Below are positions 12,760-22,331 of a stretch of DNA of 34,310 bases, piece after piece (the first letter of the stretch is position 1; every line of letters begins with the position of its first letter). Under the pieces are notes generated by a model that did not search any database, was not told the DNA's origin, and saw nothing but the letters and a program-made list of their open reading frames with translations. This DNA is from Malacoraja senta. Its lineage: Eukaryota. A program made the position numbers and the translations under genes. The stretch is from assembly GCA_038087875.1 (NCBI GenBank), contig JAXLNO010003516.1:1-34310 (forward strand), written 5' to 3'.

Positions 12760-13077
12760 CTTGAAAGCTTTTCACTTCCCGGCTGATACTGGTGTTCGAG
12801 GGGGGATGAGACACTGTACAGCCGAAGACTGAGCCTTTCTTCCAATCCTCTGAACTCACAGTCAGGAAGTGGCTGGCACTGAAAGTCCCCCCCTGCTCCA
12901 GAGCAGTTGGTGTAGCGCTGGTGGTGGAGGAGATCGGGGCTCCATCTTTCTCACAATTGACGTTTATGAGGTCCGGGTAGAAACCAGAGAGGACACACTC
13001 GAGGGTGGCTGTGTGGCTACGCTTGGTCTCCTGGTGAGCTGGAGGCAGCAGTCTGACCTTGGGACTTTTTGTTTCAA
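12760..13077 (-). CDS. IgW: Extra Ig C1-set exon (CH4-like paralog) between the secretory exon and TM1
   Basis: Acceptor tttgctcctctgttccag| and donor |gtacgg; 318 nt, phase 1-1, open. (V)ETKSPKVRLLPPAHQETKRSHTATLECVLSGFYPDLINVNCEKDG...WKKGSVFGCTVSHPPSNTSISREVKSFQ. 73/106 aa identical to CH4 by hand count. The C-strand Trp is replaced by Cys. Confidence 0.88.
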
Positions 13078-14020
13078 CTGGAACAGAGGAGCAAAGTAGA
13101 CGTGAGTCCCTCTTTCTCAAGGGCCTTCTTCAGACTGAAAAAACGTTTCGACCCTCCTCTCCAGAGATGCTGCCGTCCGGCTTGGCTGAGTTACTCCAGC
13201 TTTTTGTGTCTAGTAAGATTGTTTTATTCCCTTAATTTATCTCTCATCAAAACATTGGTAAACTTCTAACAAAAAGATTAGGTAAATTGAACATTAAGGT
13301 TATTTTTTCCCCCAACAGCAAGGTCCGTAGACCAGAGGGATAGCAGTGTGTGTGTCTCTACTCACCCAGTATGTCCGTCAGAGCAGCCGTCCCACCATCG
13401 CGACTTAAACTGTATAAAAAGCAGCGGCTCAAAACATTGCTGATTGGGCAAATCTGCCCAGAAACCACCCCTTTCACTCACCCCAGCCCTGGGAAACAGT
13501 TTTCAGAGCCCAACAGTCACCCCAGCCCGCCCGCGAACCTTTGAATGAAAGACAAAGCTCAGATGTTCTCTTCAGCAGTGGTGTCCCAGAGTTTCCCAGC
13601 GCCTGGCCCAAGTTTCAATTTAAACTCAGGTAAACAGAGTTTTTATTAAAAACCCGAATACAATTGGCCCTTAATTGTAAATATGAGAATGTTTTCCTAT
13701 ATTGTACGATAGACTATCTATCATCCGGTGTAGATACCATAATTTATTGGAAAAATATGAATACACGAACACAGGAGTTAGTTAAAAATTGGAGTCATAT
13801 CCCATCTACATCTCACAATCTCTCGCTGTGTTTCTAAGAAATGTCATTAAGGACTTATGTTATGTGTTTTTGCTGGACTGAAACCAACCCATTTACAATG
13901 TAAAGTTGTGGGTAACTTTTTAGAATACTTGTGATGTAAAGAACCTGAAATTAATTTATTTTTCAAAACACACAAAAATAACTCTGGTCTTAATTACCAA
14001 TGCAGCTTGTGAACTTATTT

Positions 14021-14214
14021 GCAGGTGCGGCAGCATCTATGGAGCGAAGGAAATAGGCAACATTTCGGGCCGAAACCCTTCTTCAGACTGAAGAAGGGTT
14101 TCAGCCTGAAACGTTGCCTATTTCCTTCGCTCCATAGATGCTGCCGCACCCGCTGAGTTTCTCCAACACTTTTGTCTACCTTTGATTTTCCAGCATCTGC
14201 AGTTCCTTCTTGAA
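14021..14214. mobile_element. Penelope-derived short palindromic insertion with a 15-bp target-site duplication
   Basis: Imperfect palindrome 14024-14150 centred on cttcag-a-ctgaag; direct repeat cttgtgaacttattt at 14006-14020 and 14215-14229. Confidence 0.7.
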
Positions 14215-14939
14215 CTTGTGAACTTATTTTGTGAACTTCCCCATTGAACGCCTCCTTTCTTTGGCAAGCATATTGCACGGGTTAGTACAAATACACTTAA
14301 AACTCTGAATAGCAACACGCCACGAAGGAGCTTCCAACGATTCATTTATCAAGAAGCTTGATTAACTCAGCGGGACAGACGGCAGCTCTGGAGAGAAGGA
14401 ATAGGTGACGTTTCGGGTCGAGACCCTTCTTCGGATTAAACCTGCATCTGCAGTTCCTTCCCATTTATAATTTATAACATTTATAAAATTCCCATTTATA
14501 AAATTATAAAATAAAACGTCCCATTTACAACATTGTTTTGACCAATTGCTCTCTAACGCGGACAGACTGGGTGGAAAGTGATGCCTGAGAAAATCCCCTG
14601 TATAAACGCATCAGCCTTCAATAACCGATGTTAAGTTGTCGGATATAAATCCTGAGACGGGACACCTGTCCCATATATCTGCTTCTCCATAAAAAGTGCA
14701 TTAACCTAACAAGGATTCATGGCACCGTTTCAATGTGAAAAGTTAAAGTTCTGAAGGGAACTAATTAACTCTTGCAATGCGGCTTTCACAACACTGCATG
14801 GTTCATTCTTTTTGCCACTGTTTTTCAGATCCCCGGTGAGTGCTTTTTGCTCCTTAACAGTGAATTGTTAGATCACTGTAAAATTTTCCATTAAGATCTG
14901 ACTAATCTTCAACATTTCACTTCTGGCACTCAGGCCAAA

Positions 14940-15228
14940 CCCACGAGTCACTACGGTAAACTCACGGGCTACTACGGTATTACAACGAGTTTAAAAGTTT
15001 CACATTTTTCCTTTAAGAGTAAATTTGACTCGTGGAAATCTTTCAACATGTTGAAAAATTTTCACGAGTTAACAAGTTTCCCGAGTACCTGCCGTTAGTG
15101 TTACGAGTCGCTAAGTTACATCCACGAGTTCACGCTACGTTAATTCTACGTGATTACCACGAGTTTGATTTGTTTTTAACTCGGGATCACTCGTGGGTGA
15201 ACTCACACCGTGAGACAGGGGTTTAACA
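14940..15228. mobile_element. Partial PIF/Harbinger-like MITE
   Basis: Many cacgag/ctcgtg motifs; ends gtgagacaggggtttaa, resembling Harbinger-type TIRs (gtgggacagggg) next to TAA. Only one terminus seen. Confidence 0.45.
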
Positions 15229-15284
15229 CAAATAAAACTACATGCTGTTCAATTCTTTATTGGTATTTAATTTTAGTGCACCAT

Positions 15285-15760
15285 AGAAAGCATTTTATCA
15301 GGATGCATCACGGCATGGTTTGGGAACAGCTCCATCCAAGAAATGGCAGCAAATTGTGGTTGCAGCCCAGATCATCACACAAACTAACCTCCCTTCCACT
15401 GACTCCATTTACATCTCACGCTGCCTCAGCAAGGCCAGCAGCATTATCAAGGACAAGTCGCACCCTGGCCACTCTCTCTTCTCCCCTCTCCCATCAGGCA
15501 AAAGGTATAGGTGTGAAAATGCACACCTCCAGATTCAGGGACAGTTTCTTCCCAGCTGTTATCAAGCAACTGAACCATCCCCTCGCCAACTAGAGCGCAG
15601 TCCTGAGCTATCACCTACCTCACTGGAGACCCTCGCACTATGTATAATCGGACATTACCTTGCACAAAACATTATTCCCTGGTGGAATGACTGGTTAGCA
15701 TGCAACAAAAAGCATTTTCACTGTACCTCGGTCTACGTGACAATAAACTAAACTAAACAA
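15285..15760 (+). mobile_element. Rex1-like LINE 3' end; a related fragment lies at 15790-15960
   Basis: SRCLSKASSIIKDKSHPGHSLFSPLPSGKRY; tail gacaataaactaaactaaac. Reverse copies of this tail occur at about 5910-6200 and 20320-20390. Confidence 0.75.
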
Positions 15761-16693
15761 CCCTCGGCCCACACAATGGGCATTGCATCCCCCACCCTAG
15801 ACCATTACTCCTTCCACCATCGACACTTCACGCTGCCTCAGGAAAGCAGCCAACATCATCGAGGAACCCTCACATCCCAGTCATTGTCTCTACTCCCCTC
15901 TCCAGAAGATACAAGAAGCTTGAAAGCACGTAGCAGCAGATTCAAGAACAGATTTTTCTTTAAGCACCGACAGGCAGATGTTTAATTGTAACATTGGAAT
16001 AGAAGCGTTACCAATGATGAGTTGTCTCTTTTATTCAACATCATCCGTGCACACCCACTGAGGACAGAGACTCCTCAAACAACCATCCCCCTTGTTAGAC
16101 ACAGATGTCATGTGTAGCTCAGTGGTGAGCAATGTCACCTCATGAAAGCTGCTGTCTTTGGGATGAGGCTTTAAGGAGGTGCTTCTCAGGTAGATGTCAG
16201 CAATGCCACGACATGACCACGAGAGTTCTGCTCAGAGTCCTGAGCTAATATTTATCCTGAAACCAAACAGCTAAACACAGGTGGGCTGTGGGAGAGCAGG
16301 GAAGGGGAGGGGAAAGAGGGAGAAAGCAAGGACTACCTGACGCAGGCGATCTGGCCAGATTTGGTTTGCCGTGTGGGAGCTTGCATCAGGTACATTGTCA
16401 CAGCTGGGCTAGGAAAGACCATTGTCCAATCAGTTCACCTTGTGTCACCCTGACGGTCGCATGGCATCCACAGTGATAATGGAGTTAACGACCAACGACC
16501 ACAATCAATCTCTGTCTTCAACTGGTCCAGGCGTGGGTGTGAGAACACCCAATGGTGGAAGGTTTTGGACACATTGATCCAACAACACCTATTTCTCCCA
16601 GAATGTGCACACCTCACATCCCAAGCTACCCATGTACTCCCACCCAAAACACACCAGTCAAGGACACGCACACAAAACCTTTTTCACATCACA

Positions 16694-16699
16694 TTTATT
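16694..16699 (-). terminator. Poly(A) signal AATAAA of the secreted long-form transcript
   Basis: tttatt on the plus strand about 300 nt after the tailpiece stop, followed on the minus strand by a GT/T-rich element (tgtgatgtgaaaaaggttttgtgtg). Confidence 0.8.
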
Positions 16700-16991
16700 G
16701 AACTTGTATTGGTACATTGACACATACATAGATTTAATACATCGTGTGATCCCATACATGGTTGAAATCTGTTCAAGCATGGCAGAAAAGGTTCTGTAAA
16801 TGTATCCAGAAGCTCAGACATTTGTGGTGAATCATGGCTGTGGCTTAATTTGTATCTCGTGTGGAATTTTGTTTTTAATGATTTACAAAGGTTCACATTT
16901 TGATGATGTATTAGGGAACTAACCCATCATCCTCTGGGTCAGTTAACAAATCCAGAAATGAACAAAACAAATGTTTGAGAAATGAATCATG

Positions 16992-17377
16992 TTACACACA
17001 AGATTTGAAGCTGTCAGCCAGAACAAGTGAGACATTGACCAGGGTGGGTTTGTTGTGAGATTTATTGATGCTTCTAAATAGGCTGGTTGTGATGGACCCA
17101 TGTCCCACAACACAGGAGAAGGTGGTGCCACTGTTCCACTCCTCTGGAGAAACCTTCAACTGACTGGTCATGGTGTTCCAACCTTTCCTGGTGTCCTTGG
17201 TCACGAGCTGGTTCACGATCCCTGTCTTCAGAAGGGTGTCGTTGGCCATCCAGGCCACATAGATGTCTGCAGGAGAGAATCCGGTGACCAGGCACGTCAA
17301 GGTGGCCGTCTCATCCGTCTCCACCTCATCCAATGAAGGGGGGAGGAGGTAGACTTGAGGACGACTCTCAACTCCAT
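16992..17377 (-). CDS. IgW: Ig heavy-chain terminal C exon (CH6) plus secretory tailpiece
   Basis: Acceptor tctctctgttgccag|; (D)GVESRPQVYLLPPSLDEVETDETATLTCLVTGFSPADIYVAWMANDTLL...EWNSGTTFSCVVGHGS..FRSINKSH-NKPTLVNVSLVLADSFKSCV*. Canonical Cys/Trp; tailpiece has an NVS sequon and a penultimate Cys. Confidence 0.95.
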
Positions 17378-17571
17378 CTGGCAACAGAGAGAACCTGAGT
17401 TAGACTGAATCTGTCAGTAATTCTGTACTTACCCAATACATTCCAATCTTATACTGACATGGACACTGTTTACATCCTGAGGGACCTCAGTTCACCTGAA
17501 ACTAAAGGCTGTTCCTTTCTGCTCATTGTAGGGATGTGCGGAAGAGAAATCATGCCTCTGGTGCATTTTAC

Positions 17572-18325
17572 AGGGTGGCATGGTGGCACAGCGGTAGAAT
17601 TGCTGCCTCCAATGCCAGAGACATGGGTTTGATCCCAACTATGGGTGGTGTCTGTATGGAGTTTGTACGTGACCGCGTGGGTTTTCTCCAGGTGCTCAGG
17701 TTTCCTACGACACTCCAAAATCGTACATGTTCTCTGTATGGCGGGACTGTCATATGCTGAGAGAATGGAGCGGCTGGGCTTGTATACTCTGGAATTTAGA
17801 AGGATGAGAGGGTATCTGATCGAAACATAAGATTATTAAGGGTTTGGAAACGTTAGAGGCAGGAAACATGTTCCCGATGTTCGGGGAGTCCAGAACCAGG
17901 GGCCACAGTTTAAGAATTAGGGGTAAGCCATTTTGAACAGAGATGAAACCACTTTTTCACACAGAGAGTTGTGAGTTTGTGGAATTCTCTCCCTCAGAGG
18001 GCTGCGGAGGCTGATTCTCTGGATACTTTCAAGAGAGAGCTAGATAGGGCTCTTAAAGATAGCAGAGTCAGAGGATATGGGGAGAAGGCGGGATCGGGGT
18101 ACTGATTGGGGATGATCAGCCACGATCACATTGAATGGCGGTGCTGGCTCGAAGGGCCGAATGGCCTACTCCTGCACCTATTGTCTATTGTTTGTAGGCT
18201 AATTGTTTTGGTTTAATTGTAAATTGTCCTTGGTATGTGCTGGGTAGTGTTAGTGTGCGGGGATCGCTGGTCGGCCCGGACTTGATGGGCCGAAGGGCAC
18301 TGTATCTCTAAACTAAACTGAACTA
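17572..18325 (+). mobile_element. HE1/V-SINE-like SINE interrupted by a HER1 3' fragment (about 17736-18190)
   Basis: SINE head gggtggcatggtggcacagcggtagaattgctgcc... resumes after the LINE piece (GLSYAERMERLGLYTLEFRRMRG) and ends ctaaactaaactgaactag. Confidence 0.8.
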
Positions 18326-18764
18326 GAGCTTCCAGTGAGTTTAAATTGGTTAGTTAATCAACAGGAACCACTGAATACTGAGACTCTACAGAAAGTCGAA
18401 CTCAGTCCTTGGACCAGCCTGGTCCTGCGCTGTCTGTTCCATCTCCCCTTCTGCTTAAATGATCTGCTGGACTTTGCCTCAAGCTCCCTGCCCTTCCAGT
18501 CCTGACTCAGTCTGTATCTCAGCTTGTGAAAGCTGCAAATCCCTCTCCCTCGACTCTGTCTAAGCAGCTCACGCTGTGGGAACAAGTGTGGTTTTGGGCG
18601 AGGCTGTCGTGGTGACTTGGGATTTTAATGATGTGGTTAATCAGCTGAGTTTAATCTTCTTTTGCTCCCTCACACTCTCTGACCATCTGTAAGTCCACCC
18701 AATATCCATTAGATATCAACTGGAGTTCAGAAAAATCCAAAGGAATCTGAGAGAAACTATTAAA

Positions 18765-19610
18765 TTCTTAACCGGATTGATGAAGGGGAGCCAGTGGATG
18801 TAGTGTGTCTAGACTTTCAGAAAGCCTTTGATAAGGTCCCGCACGGGAGACTGGTGACTGAAATTATAGCACATCGTATTGGGTAGGGTGTTGACGTGGA
18901 TAGAAAATTGGTTGGCAGACAGGAAGCAAAGAGTAGGAGTGAACAGGTCCTTTTCAGAATGGCAGGCAGTGGCGAGTGGAGTGCCGCAAGGCTCGGTGTT
19001 GGGGCCGCAACTGTTTACATTATATGTTAATGATTTGGAAGAGGGAATTAGGAGCAATACTAGCTAGTTTGCAGATGACACAAAGCTGGGTGGCAGTGTG
19101 AACTGTGAAGAGGATGCTAGGAGGTTGCAAGGTGTCCGGGACAGGTTGAGTGAGTGGGCAGATGCGTGGCAGATGCAGTATAATATAGATAAATCAGCCA
19201 TGATCACAATGAATGGCGGTGCGGGCTCGAAGGGCTGAATGGCCTCCTCCTGCACATATTTTCTATGTTTCTATGAACAGGTGAGCCAGAGGAAGAATGT
19301 TTTAGATATTGGGGAATCCAGGCCAGGAGATGACAGTCTGAGGTGAAAGTGTGTAGGTGTGAGAGGGGTAGAAATGTCTTCACCCAGACAGTGATGAACC
19401 TGGGCATTCTCTGCCACAGACAGCACTGAAGCCCAATTATTAGATATATGCAAGAATGAGTTGGATCCAGTTCTTAGGGTAAAGGGATCAAGGAATATGG
19501 CAAGAATGCAGGAAGTGAGTACTGAATATGGATGATCACCCGTGCTCATATTGAAGGTCTGTGCAGGATTGAAGGGCTGAATGGCCTGCTCCTGCAATTA
19601 TTTTCTATGC
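18765..19610 (+). mobile_element. CR1 RT and 3' fragments
   Basis: DEGEPVDVVCLDFQKAFDKVPHG, GVPQGSVLGPQLF, FADDTKLGG with stops; degenerate 3' UTR pieces follow. Confidence 0.85.
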
Positions 19611-19673
19611 TGGATGTGATAAATCTGTCCATTTGCTCAGATCAGACTCGCACCAACCTCTGTCCACACGTAC

Positions 19674-19994
19674 CTGTCGGCCTCTCCAAGGATCTGCTCT
19701 CCGGTGTTGGCAAACTCTTGTCCTCCACCACACAGGTGTACAGAGCCCCACTCTCCCACTCTGCAGCGGGGGCCGTCAGTCCGCTGGTGATGGTGTCTGC
19801 ACCTCCGATCCTCTCTGCACCACGAGTTGTCACCCTGTCTTCTCTCTTCATTCCATTCACTTGCCAGGTTACCCTGAATCCCTCTAAATCACTGTGAACC
19901 ACCTTACACAGAATGGTGGCTGTCTTGTTGATCCAGATCTCTTCGAAGGAAGGTTTGCTTAAAGTGACCGAGGGGCGGGTATCTGAACAGTCAT
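19674..19994 (-). CDS. IgW: Ig heavy-chain C exon CH5
   Basis: Acceptor tgatttctcccag| and donor |gtacgt; 321 nt, phase 1-1. (D)DCSDTRPSVTLSKPSFEEIWINKTATILCKVVHSDLEGFRVTWQVNG...EWESGALYTCVVEDKSLPTPESRSLERPT. Resembles shark IgNAR C4 / IgW CH5 as recalled. Confidence 0.95.
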
Positions 19995-20992
19995 CTGGGA
20001 GAAATCACAATTATTATGTCATCGTTCCCTGATGGAGCAGCTTGCCACTGAAGTATTTTGTGCTCATCTCCACCGAATGATATGCCGGTCCCATCAACAT
20101 CAGGGAGATATATCTACATTGGTGTAGGAATGAAGCTTCCTATTGATCCCACAAGGAAACCTTGCTAAACAATGTGAATTAACAAGTTGACTTTTACATT
20201 ATTTGACAGTTTTGTGATCATTGAACCTGTTACCAGCTATTTACTGAATCAAATGTATAAAATTCCCTCTGAGGAGAGGCAAATCAAGCTAATGTTTGAG
20301 GTCAAAATGTTCAGTTCAGTTTAGTTTATTGTCACGTGTACCGAGGTACAGTGAAAAGCTTTTGTTGCGTACTAACCAGTCAGCGGAAAGTTCTTCACTT
20401 TATATTATAAATTAGAAGCAGCGGCATTATTTTATTTAGTCATGAGTGGTCCGGAGTAGGATGAAGAAAGGTCTCGACCCGAAACCTCACCTCCCCATGT
20501 CCTCCAGGGATGTTGCCTGACCTGCTGAGTTACTCCAGCACTTTGTGTCCTTTCATTTAGTCACAACTGTTTAAATGCAGTTTGTATCCATGAGGTGTAA
20601 CTAAACTCTCCTGCTGCTTTGTCAGAAGGTTGTGTGTTGCAGCCGGCCTGTCCCAGAGGCTGCTACACATTGCCCAGACTGACTGTTGCCACGCTGGGGC
20701 AGGGAGAGAGCTGCTCTGCTGGACACTCTGTCACAGCTGAGGCACCCACTGGCATTAAGTACAAAGGCAGAGGGAAAGACCGTTTTGAAGAAGAGTATCG
20801 TGGATCTCCACCGTGTCTGGCCTGTCGACTGGCTTGGATTGCCCTCAAGTTACTAAAGTAATGTCAAAGATACAATTATTTCTGTGGCCAGACTCACTTA
20901 CAAGCCCACAACAGGACTGCACCGTGTTACAGTGTTGCCCATGTGTGGTACAGTTTACAATGTGGAGAATGGAGTGAATCCCAGGAGCCTAC

Positions 20993-21310
20993 CTTGGATG
21001 TTCTTCACATCCTTCGTGATGATGGTGTGGTAGGCGCGATGATACACTGTACAATTGAAGCGTGAGCCTGACTTCCAATCCTCTGTACTCATGGTCAGGA
21101 AGTGGCTGGCACTGAAAGTACCCCCCTGCTCCAGAGCAGTTGGTGCAGCACTGGTGTTGTTGGAGGTCAGGGCACCGTCTTTACTCCAAGTGACGTTGAT
21201 GAGGTCTGGGTAGAATCCAGAGACCACACACTCGAGGGTGACCTTGTGGCTACGCTTGGTCTCTTCGTGTGTTGGAAGCAGCAGTCTGACTTCAGGTTTT
21301 TTGGGCTCAA
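20993..21310 (-). CDS. IgW: Ig heavy-chain C exon CH4
   Basis: Acceptor ttttcctctgttccag| and donor |gtaggc; 318 nt, phase 1-1. (V)EPKKPEVRLLLPTHEETKRSHKVTLECVVSGFYPDLINVTWSKDG...PTALEQGGTFS...DWKSGSRFNCTVYH. Resembles IgNAR C3 / IgW CH4 as recalled. Confidence 0.95.
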
Positions 21311-21344
21311 CTGGAACAGAGGAAAATAAATGTTAAACTCTCTC

Positions 21345-21800
21345 ATAGAGTCATAGAGTGATACAGTGTGGAAACAGGCCCTTCAGCCCAACTTGACCAC
21401 CCTGGCCAACATGTCCCAGTTACATTAGTCTCATCTGCCGTGTTTGGTCCCCATCCCTCCAAACCTGTCCCTGTCTGTTTTTTTTTAATGTTAGGGTAGT
21501 CCCTGCCTCAACTACCTGCTCTGGCAGCTTGTTTCATACATCCTCCAACCTTTGCGTGAAAAAGTTACCCCTCAGATTCCTATTAAATCTTTCCCCCTTC
21601 ACCTTAAACCTATGTCCTCTGGTACTCAATTCACGTACTCTGTGCAAGAGACTCTGTGCATCTATCCAATCTATTCCTCTCATGATATTATACACCTCAA
21701 TAAGATATTCCCTCATCCTCCTACGCTCCAAGGAATAGGGTCCCAGCCCACTCAACCTCTCCCTGTAGCTCTCTAGCCCTGGCAACATCCTCTCTGTACC
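21345..21800 (-). mobile_element. CR1 3' fragment
   Basis: LPGLESYRERLSGLGPYSLERRRMREYLIEVYNIMRG...RGNFFTQR; (ctatga)n-type tail. Confidence 0.85.
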
Positions 21801-21848
21801 CTCTCTCTCTCTCTGTCACGGCCATTTAATCACTGATCTGTTGCCCAC

Positions 21849-21945
21849 CTTTGTTATGGTTGGTCCGCGCTGACACTGGTGAGGATGATGAAGATTGTTG
21901 GGCGAAGCACACAAACTCCACCCCGCTGGTCCACTCCTCCACGCT
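21849..21945 (-). pseudogene. IgW: 3' remnant of the Ig CH3 exon; 5' two-thirds deleted
   Basis: Reads SVEEWTSGVEFVCFAQQSSSSSPVSARTNHNK then a phase-1 donor g|gtgggc. Matches the F/G-strand end of IgNAR C2 / IgW CH3 as recalled (SVEEWQSGVEYTCSA...STPV). Directly upstream, the sequence switches to the duplicated flank at 21948. Confidence 0.85.
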
Positions 21946-22331
21946 GGGTTATAAAGTGGAAGGCAGAAGAATCATTGTGAACCCCAGTGTATGGAGCAGG
22001 AGAGAGAAGCGAGAGACAAGGAGGTAGATGGAATGAAGGAGTGTAAAGGCAGTGTGAGTGGGCTGGGTGTGGTATGTAGTATTAACACTGGTCTGTATTG
22101 TTGGCCTCTCTGTATTGTGGTTCAGTAGGAATACACTGGCACAATGTTCCAGTGAATGATGTTATTCAGAAGTTGGGTCTGTGATCGTGAGACCGTGTTC
22201 CCACCACACCACAACGGTGGGGAGTTTAAAGTCATTTCATTAAATTTGTGCAATTAAAGGCCTGTGTCTGTAGTTGTGACAATGGGAAAGATATTGTTTA
22301 TGAAGGAACTGCAGATTCTGGTAAAACCGAA

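Noticed and set aside
13413-13419. Perfect TATAAAA on the plus strand as a promoter of an antisense gene
   Set aside because: No plus-strand exon or ORF follows, and the CCAAT and GC boxes would lie downstream of it
14460-14530. AT-rich degenerate (catttataa)n repeat
   Set aside because: Low-complexity sequence with no spacer structure or other support; not a CRISPR-like array
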